Positions 26,319 to 38,000 of a stretch of 64,000 bases of DNA are shown piece by piece. The number at the start of each line of letters is the position of its first letter. Within the stretch, counting starts at the first letter, position 1. The stretch comes from Scenedesmus sp. PABB004 (taxonomy: Eukaryota): positions 682,001 through 746,000 of the forward strand of contig JABVCE010000014.1 in NCBI GenBank assembly GCA_014905635.1. The letters are read 5' to 3'. Position numbers and translations under genes: made by a program. The notes under the pieces are model-generated. The model saw only the letters and a list, made by a program, of their open reading frames with translations, searched no databases and was not told the DNA's origin.

Positions 26319-29300
26319 ATGCGGCTCGCCAGCGCTGCGCCCTTCCTTCACCCGGGGGGTGCTGCAGCTGGCCGCACGCTCGTCGTCGCCCGCCCTGGCC
26401 GGCGCCGCTGCGTGGTCCGCGCGTCGGGTGAGCGGCAGGGCGAGGCGCCAGGCGCAGGCGGCGGCGGCGCGCGCCGCTGGTGACGCTCGCTGCTGCGCGC
26501 CCGCCCGCTCTGCGGCGGCGGCGCGCGCGGCGGTGCCGCTGACGCTCACTGCTGCGCGACCGCCCGCTCTGCAGGCCCTGGCGCGGGCCTGAGCAGGGCG
26601 GTGCTCGAGTTCTTCGACGACGTGACCGAGGGCGCCCGCGACGGCCCGCGCCGCCGCCAGCGCGCGGTCGAGGTGCGGTGCCGTGGGCGCCGGCCGCCGC
26701 GCGTGCGGGCCGGGGGCCGCCTGCTCGCCGCCGGCCGACCCGCCGCCGCCGACTCGTCACCGCCGCCGCGTGCTCGTCCCTGCGCGCGCCTTGCAGGACA
26801 TCCCGGACGTGACCAACCTCTCCGCCAAGGTCGCGGCCGCGGCGGGCGCAGTCGAGGAGGCGGCGGGCGCGCTGCGGGGGCTCGTCGCCGAGGCGGCCTC
26901 CGCGCTCGACGGCGCGTTTGGCGCGCTGACCGCGCGGCTGCCGGCGCTCAAGGCCGAGCTGCTCGCGGGCCGCCGCGACTTTGCGTCGGTCGTTGACGAG
27001 GTGCGCCGGCGGCGGACGCCGGGTGCCGGGCGCCGGGGGCGGACGCTGGGCGGGGGCGCGGGGCGCGCGGCCGCCTTTCCTCGCAGGCTCACCCGCGCAC
27101 GCGCCCGCGCGCCGCCAGGTCGTGTCGACCGTGGCGCGCGACGCGTCCAGCCTCACGCGCGCCCTGTCCGCGCGCGAGCCGGGCACCGCGGCGGCCGTGC
27201 AGCGCGCCGTCGACGCCGCCGCGGCGGCGGGCGGGGCGCTCAAGGCGGACGTGGCGCGCGGCGCCAAGAGCGCCGCCAACGCGGCAGACGAGCTGCCCGG
27301 CATCGTGCGGGCGGCGCTGGACGAGCTGCGCGCCCTGCTTTTTGCCGGCGCCGAGGCGCCGAGCGCGGGCCTGCTGGGCGCGGGGCCGCAGGAGGGCGGT
27401 GGCGCCGCCGCCGCGCTCGCGCAGCTGCAGGACACGCTCGGCGCCGCGGCGGCGGACGTGGCGGCGGACGTGGCGGCGGCGGGCGGCGCGGTGCAGGAGG
27501 TGCGGCGGGCGCACGCTAGGGATCGCGCGGGCGGGCGGCCGGCTGCCCCCCCCCCCCCCCGCCGCGCGCGCGCCGCCGAGCCACGCCACGCTGCACGCCG
27601 GCAGGCGCTCACGGCGGTGGCCGACTTCCTGTCCGGCCTGTTTGCACGCGCGACGGCGGCGAGCGACCGCGTGCGCGGCGGCGGCGCGAGCCTGGACGAC
27701 GCTGTGGGCGAGGTGCTCGGGGCCACGCTGGAGCAGGCGGCCGGCCTCAAGGCGGGCTTTGCCCGGCTGCTGGACGCGCCGCAGGCGGCCGCGGCGCAGC
27801 GCGAGGTCGACGGCGCGATGGCGCAGCTGGAGGCGCGCCTCGAGGTGAGGCGCCCTGTCAGCCCCGCCAGCCGCGTTCGCAGGGGCCGCGCGCACGCAGA
27901 GCGTGCGCATGCAGAGCGCCGAGGCACCACTGCCCTGCGCGCCGCCGCTGCCGCCGCCGCCACTCCCAGGCGCTGCAGGCGTCGGCGCGCGGCGAGACGC
28001 TCACGACCGAGCAGGCGCTGGCGGAGCTGACCGCCGCGACCTCGGGCTTTGCCTCGGAGCTGCGGCAGCGCCTGCAGGCCCTGCTGCTCGGCAAGGGCGG
28101 CCTGCCGGCACTGCCCAGCTTTGGCGCAGGCCTGGCCGCTTCGCAGGGTGAGTTTGGGCGATCAGACCGTGCTGATCGCCCGCAGGGCCGCGCGCGCCGG
28201 CGCCGCTCGGCGCGCCGGCGGCGGGCCCAGCCAGCCTCCCTGCCACCCGCCCGCCGCCCGCGCCGCAGGCAGCGGCGACCTTGGTCTCACCAAGGAGCAG
28301 ACCGAGGCCGCCAGTGCAGCCGTGTCGGGCGCGGTCAAGACGGCAGGCAAGCTGCTCAATGGCCTCTTCGGTGGGATGGCTGCCGTGGCGGCCAAGAGCG
28401 CGGCGGCCCCGGCCAGCACAGCCGCGCCCAGCGCCCCGGCCAGCGCGGGGGCCGCCGAAGTCGATGCGGCAGGTGCGGCGAGCCAGCGTGTCCAGGCGGC
28501 GGCGGAGGCCACCAGCAGCGCCGCCAAGACAGCTGGCGGCGCAGCGACGCAGGCGGCCGCCAAGGTCCAGCAGGCAGCGGTGCAGGCGGCAGGCGCGGCG
28601 CAGCAGGCGGCAGGCTCGGCGGTGCAGGCCGTCCAGCAGGCGGCCACGGGCCTCACAGATGACGTGGAGACGGTCTTCACCGAGCTGACAGGCAAGTCGC
28701 AGGAGCTCAAGGCGGCCATCAGGGAGGGCAAGGCCGACCCGGCGGCGGTCGTGAACGACGCCGTCGCGCAGCTCAAGGCCAAGGCGGACGCGCTCAAGCG
28801 CACGTCGGCGGGCAAGAGCAAGGAGGCGAGCGCGGCCATCGACGCCGCGGTGGCGGGCTTTGCGGCCAAGTCTGAGCAGCTCAAGGCCGCCGTCGCGTCC
28901 GGCAAGGCCGACGCGGGCGTCGCGCTGGACGACGTGCTGTCGGGCCTGGCCAGCAGCGCGGACGAGCTCAAGCAGGTCGCCGCGGGCGCGCAGATGGACA
29001 ACGCCGTCGCGGAGCTCACCGGTGCGCTGGCGCGCCGCGCGCGCGCCGGCGACGCTGCGCTGCTGGCTGCGCGCGCCGTGCGCCGAGCGCGCGGCGCCGC
29101 GCCGCTGCCCCGGCGGCGCGCAGGCAAGTCGCAGGAGCTCAAGGCGGCCATCAGGGAGGGCAAGGCCGACCCGGCGGCGGTCGTGAACGACGCCGTCGCG
29201 CAGCTCAAGGCCAAGGCGGACGCGCTCAAGCGCACGTCGGCGGGCAAGAGCAAGGAGGCGAGCGCGGCCATCGACGCCGCGGTGGCGGGCTTTGCGGCCA

Positions 29301-32300
29301 AGTCTGAGCAGCTCAAGGCCGCCGTCGCGTCCGGCAAGGCCGACGCGGGCGTCGCGCTGGACGACGTGCTGTCGGGCCTGGCCAGCAGCGCGGACGAGCT
29401 CAAGCAGGTCGCCGCGGGCGCGCAGATGGACAACGCCGTCGCGGAGCTCACCGGTGCGCTGGCGCGCCGCGCGCGCGCCGGCGACGCTGCGCTGCTGGCT
29501 GCGCGCGCCGTGCGCCGAGCGCGCGGCGCCGCGCCGCTGCCCCGGCGGCGCGCAGGCAAGTCGCAGGAGCTCAAGGCGGCCATCAGGGAGGGCAAGGCCG
29601 ACCCGGCGGCGGTCGTGAACGACGCCGTCGCGCAGCTCAAGGCCAAGGCGGACGCGCTCAAGCGCACGTCGGCGGGCAAGAGCAAGGAGGCGAGCGCGGC
29701 CATCGACGCCGCGGTGGCGGGCTTTGCGGCCAAGTCTGAGCAGCTCAAGGCCGCCGTCGCGTCCGGCAAGGCCGACGCGGGCGTCGCGCTGGACGACGTG
29801 CTGTCGGGCCTGGCCAGCAGCGCGGACGAGCTCAAGCAGGTCGCCGCGGGCGCGCAGATGGACAACGCCGTCGCGGAGCTCACCGGTGCGCTGGCGCGCC
29901 GCGCGCGCGCCGGCGACGCTGCGCTGCTGGCTGCGCGCGCCGTGCGCCGAGCGCGCGGCGCCGCGCCGCTGCCCCGGCGGCGCGCAGGCAAGTCGCAGGA
30001 GCTCAAGGCGGCCATCAGGGAGGGCAAGGCCGACCCGGCGGCGGTCGTGAACGACGCCGTCGCGCAGCTCAAGGCCAAGGCGGACGCGCTCAAGCGCACG
30101 TCGGCGGGCAAGAGCAAGGAGGCGAGCGCGGCCATCGACGCCGCGGTGGCGGGCTTTGCGGCCAAGTCTGAGCAGCTCAAGGCCGCCGTCGCGTCCGGCA
30201 AGGCCGACGCGGGCGTCGCGCTGGATGAGACCCTGGCGTGCCTTGCGGGCAGTGCGGACGAGCTGAAGCAGGCGGCGGCGGGCGCGCAGATGGATGGCGC
30301 AGTGGCGGAGCTGACCGCGAAGCTGCAGAGCCTGCAGGCGTCCGCCGCCTCGGGCGCGCCCGATGACGTTACTGCGGCGCTGGCAGCCGAGGTCGCTGCT
30401 TTCCAGGCCAAGCTTCAGACCTCGGTCGCCGCGCTCGGCGGGCCGCAGAGCCCCATGGCTGCTGCGCTCGAGGCGGCGATCCTGCCGATCACTGCCGGCG
30501 CGGCGGCGCTGCAGCAGGGGGTCGAGCGGTCGGCCGCCGGCGGCAGCGCTGGCGGCGCCGCACCCGACCTCGCAGCGCTGGTCGGGAAGCTCGCTGACGC
30601 CGCCGGCAGCGCGCGCAGCAACCTCAGCGGCAGCCTGAGCCGCGCCAGCGAGCAGGTCGGCACCGTGAAGGCCGCGGCGCGCACGCTGGCGGCGGCGGAG
30701 GGCGTCGGCAGCGCGCTCGCGGCGCTGCTGCCGTCGGTGAAGCAGCAGCTGTCGGCGTCCGGCGCGCAGTCGGGCGAGGGCGCCGCGCGCGTGCTGGGCG
30801 CGACCGTGGACGAGGTGCTGGCGCAGCTGGAGCAGGTCAAGCAGACCGGCCTGGCGAGCATGGAGGACGACGAGGACGGCGCGGCCGCGGGCGAGGCGCT
30901 CGCGGCGCTCGCAGCGGCGCTGCGCGCCAAGGGCGCGGAGCTGGCGGCCAAGGTGGAGGGCGGGCAGCTCAAGGGGTCCGCCGCGCTGGACGAGGTGCGC
31001 ACCGGGGGCCGGCCTGGTCGGCCGCGCGCGGCCGCAGCCAGGGGGGCGCGCGCGCCGTCAACGCCTGGCGCCGGCTGCTCACGCGCCCCCGCCGCACCGC
31101 CGCCCGCCCCGCCACGCCAGCTGCTGCTGTTTGTGCAGAGCAGCACCGCCGGCGACCTGCGCTCGGCGCTGCTTGACATCCTCACGCGCGACGCGGGCGC
31201 CGGCGGCGGCGCCGACGCCGTCGCGGCGCAGCTCGCCGCCGCCGTGGCGGCCGCGCGCCCGCGCACACCGGCGAGCGGCGGGGAGCTCGACGGCGCGCTC
31301 GCGGTCGGCGAGCTCGCGGGCCGCCTTGTCAAGCTCGTGGTGGGCGTCGGCGCGCTGCAGCTCGTCCAGAGCGTGGCCGGCACCGTCATGGAGCGGGTGC
31401 GCGCGCGGGCCGCCTCGCGCGGGCGGGCCCGCCCGGGGCGCCTTGCTGCACGCCGCGGCTGTGACGCCGCGGCCGTGACGCCGCCGCCCTGGGGTCGCCC
31501 GCAGGCGGGCGTAGCGCTGCCGCCTGCGGTGGGCGGAATGCTGGGCCTCACCGCCCTGCTGCTGGCCGTCGGCCCCAAGACGGCCGCGCCGGCCGTGGCC
31601 TTCTACGACGCCCACCTCGCCGGGGTGACGAGCTGGTTGCCGCTGTTCTATGTCCCGACGCTCGCCGTGCTGCCGGCGCTCCTCCGCGGCATGGCCGGTG
31701 CGCGGCGGCGCCGTGGACGGCACAGACGCCAGCTGCGCGCGCAGCGCCGCGCCGCCGCCCGCGCGCCCGCGCGCCGACCCACCGACCCGCCGCCGTGCCC
31801 CGCACCCCAATGTGCCGCAGGCGACGACGTGGCGGCGCTGATCGGCCTCACCGCCGCCGGCGCGACGGCGTCGCTGCTCTTTGCCGCCAAGCTGGCCAGC
31901 GCCTGGATGCCCACGGCGGCGCCCGCGGCCGAGGCCGCGGCGCCGCCGCGGGACGCGCGCGCCGGCGACCGCGCCGCCGCCGGCCTCGCGGCGGCGGCGC
32001 TCGCGGCGCTCGCGCCGCTCGCGCTCGCAAAGCACGACGCCGCCGCGTTTGGCGACGTCACCGCCCTGCCCGCGGGCGTCGCCTGGTCGTACCTCGGCTG
32101 GCGTGGCGCGCGCGCCCTGCGCGACCGCGGCGCGCCGGGCGCGTTCGCGCTCAGCCCGCTCCTCGCCGGCGCGCTGGCCGCCAACCTGGGCACCTTCTGG
32201 CACGGCCGCCTGGTCGGCTGGACCCACTGGCACGCGCTGGACACCTTCTTCGGCACGGTGCGCCCGGCACGCGCGGCACGCGCAGCATGCGCGGCGCGCC

Positions 32301-32378
32301 GCGCGCGTCGGCGCCCGGCAGCGTGCGCCCGCGCGCGCCGCTCGAGGGGGGCCGCGCGCCCGCTGCAGCCGCTCACGC

Positions 32379-32412
<34 letters not shown>

Positions 32413-33066
32413 CGCGGGGCGCCGTGCGCAGGGCGCGGGCGCGGGCGAGCTGCTCATGTCCGTGGGCGGCGCCGCGCTGACGGGGCTGGCGTTTGTCGTG
32501 TACAAGCAGCGCGCCGCGCTCGCCCTGCCGGCGGTCGCGGCGACCGCGGTGGCGGCCTCGGCCTTCAGCGTCGCTGCGACACTCGGGCTCGCCGCCGCTG
32601 CGGGCATGACTGAGGGTGAGCCGGCGGCCCGGCGACTGCACCGGGAGGCGGAGGCGCGCGCGCGCGCGCCCCCGCACCCACACACGTCCGCCCGCACACA
32701 ATCGCAGGCTGGGCCCGCGCGCTCATCCCGCGCCACGTGGCGGACGCGCTCGCGGGCGACGCCGCCAACGCGGTCGGCGCTCACCCGGAGGCCGCGGCGC
32801 TGGCCGCGCTGCTGCAGGCGGCCGCGACGGCCGCGCTCGGCGGGCTCGCGCTGCGCGCGCTCGGCCGGGGCCTGAGCCCCGCTGCGGCGGGCGCGGCGGC
32901 CGGCTGCACCGCAGGCCCGCTGGGCGTGGCGGGGCTGGCGGACGACAACGCTGCGCGCGCACACGGCGCGCTGGCCTATGCCTGTGTGGGCGTGGTCACC
33001 GCGCTGGTGCTCAACGTTCCTGCGCTGCGCTCGGCGCTCGCGGCCGTGGCGGCGACGGCCGCCTGA
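26319..33066 (+). CDS. Plastid-targeted PLGG1/LrgAB-like membrane transporter fused to a very long Ala/Lys/Glu-rich helical N-terminal region
   Basis: Transit-peptide-like start MRLASAAPF...RRRCVVRAS. About 15 frame-consistent exons. C-terminal LPPAVGGM, WLPLFYVPTLAVLP, GAGELLM, AFVVYKQR and ALIPRHV parallel the PLGG1 motifs (WLPLFYVP, GAGDILM, FKQR, ILPR). Confidence 0.8.
28691..30225 (+). repeat. 432-bp tandem repeat (330-nt exon + 102-nt intron), three full copies plus a partial fourth
   Basis: Units start at 28691, 29123, 29555 and 29987 and look identical by eye. Confidence 0.97.
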
Positions 33067-33608
33067 GCGCCAGCTGCAGGCCTCACACGAGGCTGTGCGC
33101 GTGCGAGGTCGGCGGGTGCACACGGCGCTGAGCGCGGCGGGGGCCGGTCCTGCGGCCCAGGGGTACAGTTTTGTGAGTGTTGATGCTGATGCTTGATGTT
33201 GCAGCTGTGGGGGCGCCGTCAGACAGGGGCTGAACGTTTTGGGGGGCCGGCGCCAGGGGGCTCAGCGCGGCGCGCCTGCGCAGGCGGCGGGAGCCAGCTG
33301 GGCTACGGAGGCGTCGGCAACGCACGGCGGCGCTCGAGGGGCGTCGACTTGATCGTGAATTGCACCGGACCGCGCCGCCGCGGCCCGCCGCCGCGCGCGG
33401 CGCTCGCTCGCACCGCCAGCTCCCCGGCGCGCGCTCTCGACCTCGCCGGGCACCGCCGGCGCTTGCAGGGCACGCGCCCTGGGCGCGCCGCCGGCCCCGG
33501 CGCGCTCTCGCAGACTGGCAGCCATTCAAGTCCCGCGTGCAGTCCCGCCCCTTGTTCGCAGCGCGCCCCGAGCGCGCTGAGCCCCGCCCGCTCATCACTC
33601 ATCACTCA

Positions 33609-34710
33609 TCACGCATCGTCCTCCGCTAGCGGCAGGCCCTGGTAGCGCCACTGCTGGAAGCCGCCCTCCACGTGCCGGATGTTGCCCAGCGACCAGCCGT
33701 CCTCGAACAGCTCGTAGATGGCCTTGAGGCTGCGCGACTCGCGCCCAAACGCGCGCTCCGGGTCTGCGCGGCCGCGCGGCGCGGGCGCGGGCGCGTGAGA
33801 CGACCATCGGCGGCGCGGGCTCGGGCGCGTGGGCCGGCGGTCGGCGCGCCCGCGGCCCGGCTGCGCGCGCCGCAGGGTGCGGCCTGCGCGGCGCCGCACC
33901 GGCAAAGAGCTTCTTGTCGCGGCGGTAGCTCACGTTGGTGTCGAGCGTGCCGCCGACGGCGCACATGACGAGCACGCGGCTGTTCTTCTTCACGGCGGCG
34001 TAGAAGTTCTGCACAAAGTCGGGGTCCCGCTCCGTCGCCTTCATCGCAAACGACGCCATCGCGAGCTTCTTGACCTGGTCCCACGCGCTGGTGCCCTCGA
34101 CGAGCCTGCGCGCCGCCGCCGCCGACGCCGCCACCGGCGCGTCGGCGCGGGCGCGGGCGCGTGACGGGCAGCGCGTCGCGGCCGGGCGCCGGCCGGGGGC
34201 GCAGCACGCGGCGGCGTCGGCGTCGGCGGCGGCGGCGGCGGCGGGGGCGGGGGCTCACCGATACATGGGGACGTTGATGCTGCCCGCCGCGCTGCTCTTG
34301 TCAAAGTCGCCGGCGAGCCGCACGTCGACGAGCGTCCAGCCCTGCTTTTGCAGCTTGGCCGCCTCCTGCACGTCCACGCCCTTCATCCCGGCGTCGCTGA
34401 GCGTGGTGTGCACCACCGGCCAGGCGCGGTACGCCGAGCTGCGGAGGAGCGCGCCGAGAGCGGCGAGCGTGGGCTTGCGCCTGCGCTGGCTGCGTGCTGC
34501 GCGCCACCGCGCGCCGCCGCCCGCCGGCTGCCCGGCCCCGCACCCGGTGAAGGGCTGGATGAGGGTCGCATTCTCGTCCGCCGCCAGCCCGGCGTAGCGG
34601 TCGTCACGGTCCCACCTTCGCGGGCGGGCGGAGCAGCAGCGGTCGTCGGCGCGGCGCTGCAGCGGCCGCCGCTGGCAGGCGCAAGCGCGGCGCGGCGCCG
34701 AGCTGCGCAT
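33609..34710 (-). CDS. Rhodanese-like domain protein, probably plastidial (STR14-like)
   Basis: VDVQEAAKLQKQGWTLVDVR..DF....GSINVPMYR, ATERDPDFV, VLVMCAVGGTL, RESRSLKAIYEL, HVEGGFQQW..GLP; 3 introns. Confidence 0.88.
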
Positions 34711-35099
34711 GGAGTGTTTCTACACCGACCACGGCCACGCGCCGGCCAATCAGGGGACTGATCTCGCCGGCGGCGGCGCCGGCAGCAGCGGCTGCGCCGG
34801 CACGGGGGCTGCGTGCGAGAGCCCGCCCGGAAGGTCTCACCGGTTTTGGGCGGGGTTCCACTTGAACCCGACGTTGCCCTTGCGCTTCGTGCCGCTGCTG
34901 GCCTTGGCGACCACGCGCGGCGCCGCCGCCCGGCTCGGCGCGACCGCCCGGGAGTGCTGCAGCAGCATGGCTCAGAGTCTGGTGCGGGTGTGTCTGGATG
35001 CAGCTGCTGTGACGACCGCGCACGCAGAGGCGGCACCGGTGGCGCGCCGTCACAACCCCCGGGGCTCAACCGCACCGCCGCGCACGCTCCGACGTCCCC

Positions 35100-38000
35100 T
35101 CACAGCCGCGCGCGGCCGCCGAGCGCCGCCCGCAGCGCCGCCGGCCCACCCGCCGCGGCCTCGAGCTCCAGTTTGGCCAGCGTGCCGAGGTGCACCTCGT
35201 CGGGGCCGTCCGCAATGCGCAGCGTGCGCGCCGCGGCCCAGAGGTGGCCCAGCGGCACGTCCTGGCTCACGCCCGCGCCGCCGTGGATCTGCGGCGGCGG
35301 CGCGCGCGCCCGCGGCCGTCGGCGGCGGCGCGCCGCGGCGGGCGCGGGCACACCCGCCCGCCCGCCCGCCCGCCCGCGCGGGGCTGGCGGCCTCGCCGCA
35401 CCTGGATGGCGGCGTCGATGACCTGCAGAGCCACCGCCGGCGCGGCGACCTTGGCCGCCGCGATCTCGCCCCGCGCCGCCTTGTGGCCCACGCTGCGCGC
35501 GGCGGCGCGGCGGGCGCGGCGGGCGCGGTGAGCGGTCGGCGACGACCGCCAGCGCCGCGGCGCCGCGGCGCGCGGCCGCACCGGTCGAGCGCGTCGGCGG
35601 CGTTGAGCACCAGCAGCCGCGCGCCCTCGAGCGCGACGCGCTGCCGCGCGAGCACCTCGCGCAGCCCGCCCTGCGCCGCGAGCGGGCCGCCAAACGCGGC
35701 GCGCGACAGCGCGCGCCGCGCGGCGAGGCCGAGCGCGCGCTCCGCCATGCCGACGAGGCGCATGCAGTGGTGCAGCCGCCCGGGGCCGAGCCGGCCCTGC
35801 GCGTGCGCCGTGCGCCGTGCGTCAGCGCGCGGCGGCGCGAGCGCGCGGCGCCCGCCCGGCTGCCAGCGGCCCACGCCGCGCAGCGCGGCGCTGCGCGTGT
35901 GCGCACCTGGGCGATCTCAAAGCCCCGCCCCTCGCCCAGCAGCAGGTTGCTCGTGGGCACCACCACGCGGTCAAATGACACCTGGGTGGGGCGCGCGGGG
36001 CGCAGCAGACGGGGGTGAGATGGCGGGCCGCTCGCGCGCGGACTTGCGTCCGTCCGCGCTGCCGCGACGGGCGTCGCCGGCGGCGCCCGCGCGCGCCGGG
36101 CGCGCGCGGGCGCGCAGTGCACCTCGGCGTGGCCGTGCGGCGCGTCGTCGTAGCCAAACACGGTCAGCGGGCGCAGCACGGCCACGCCCGGCGCGTCCAT
36201 GGGGACCAGGATCATGCTCTGCTGCGCGTGCGCCGCCGCGCCGGGCGCAGACTTGCCCATGAAGATCGCCACCTGGCGGGCGCGGCGGGCGCGGCGGGCG
36301 CGGCGGACGACGCGGCGGACGACGCGGCGGGCGCGGCGGCGGGGCGTCGGGGGCGGCGCGAGGGCAGCACGGGCGCGGTGCGGTGCCCCGCCGCGCGGGC
36401 GCGCGCTCGCGCGCGCAGGGCGCGCAAGGCGGCGGTGCGCGGCGGCGGCGGCGGCGGCGGCGCGTCGCTGCGCGCCTTGCAGCGCGGGTCCATCGCGCCG
36501 CTCGTCCACCACTTGAGCCCGCGCAGCTCGTAGGCCTCGCCGCCGGGCGTGGCGGCGATGGACGCCGTGATGTTGGTGGCGTCGCTGCTCGCGACGCCCT
36601 TTTCGGTCATCGCAAAGCACGACCGCACGGCGCCGCGCAGCAGCGGCAGCAGCCACGCCTCCTGCTGCGCGCGGCTGCCGTAGCTGCGGCGGCGGCGGCG
36701 GCGCGGTGGCGGGTGTTCAGAGAGAGACCGCCCCCCCCCCCCCCCCCCGCGGCGCAGCAGGGCTGCCGGCCGCCGGCGGGGCGAGCCGCGCCCGCCCGGG
36801 TGCCTCGGCGGCCCGCCTGCCTCGGTGGCGGCCTCACCGGGCGAGAACCTCCATGTTGCCCGTGTCTGGCGCGCTGCAGTTGAACGCCTCGGGCGCCCAC
36901 AGGCTCGTGCCCATCGCGGCGCAGAGGTGGGCGTAGTCCAGGTGGCTCAGCCCCGCGCCGAGCAGCGCGCCGCGCTCGTCCGCCGGCGCGAGCGGCAGCA
37001 GGTGCTGCAGCGCCGCCGCCATGTCTGCGCGCGCGCGCGCGCGCGCGTGCGCGTGCGGCGGCGGGCCGGTCGGGCGGCCGCACGCGTGGTGCAGAGCGCC
37101 CGGCGCCCGGCAGCGCGCCGCCGCCCGCGCACCGGCCGGCATCCAGAGGTTCCACAGCCCCGCGCGCCGCGCCTTGGCCTTGAGCGCCTCCGCCAGCGGG
37201 TGGATGGTCCACCTGCGGCGCCGCGGCACGAGGCGGCGCCGCGTGATGTGTGCAGACGCGCGGCGGGCGCGCTCACGAGCAAGGCATGGGCGGCCGCCCG
37301 CGCACCGGTTCGGCCCGTGCGCGTGGGCGTTGAGGGTGGCCTCGGCAGGGTACACGTGCTCCGCCAGGAAGCCCCGCACGCGCTCCAGCAGCGCCGCGGC
37401 GCGTGCGCTCGGCGCGCCGAGGCCCGCCGCGCGCGCCGGCGCCGCCCAGGCGCCGCCGTGCGGCTGGCCGCCGGCGCCGCCGCCGTCCGCACCGCTGCTG
37501 TCCGCACCGCCGCCGTCCGCGCCACTGCCAAAGTTGGAGCTGACGCTGCCGGGCGGCACCAGCGCGCCGCCGCCGCCGCTGCTGCCGCCGCTGCCGCTGC
37601 CGCTGCTGCTCGCGCCGAAGTTGGAGCTCACGCTGCCTCGCGGCAGCACCACGCCGCCGCCGCTGCTGCCACCGCTGCCGCCGCCGCTGCCGCCGCTGCC
37701 GCCGCCGTCGACGCGCGCAATGATGCCCAGCGCCGCGTCCGCCAGCGCCTCGAGCACCGCATCGCTGCTGATCGCCTGCGCGGCGGCCGACGAGGCGTTG
37801 CCCTGCGCCGCGCGCGCCTGGACGCCTGCGCGGGCGGGCGGCGGCGGGCGCGGTGTGTGTGCCACGCGCGCCGCTGTGCTCGCCCGCGCCCCGGGCGCCG
37901 GCCGCTGCCGCCAGCCGGCTGGCCGCGGCGCGGCCTCACCCGCGAGGATGGCCAGCATGCGGAAGCAGGAGAGGGCCAGATAAAAGGCCCAGTCGCGCGG

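Noticed and set aside
28691..30225. 432-bp repeats as a CRISPR array or mobile element
   Set aside because: There are no unique spacers, terminal repeats or transposase; the units are exon+intron copies within a gene.
34850..34872. B-box-like GGGTTCAAGT on the minus strand (also GCTTCGATCC near 60597) suggesting a tRNA or SINE
   Set aside because: No cloverleaf or A-box could be built around either.
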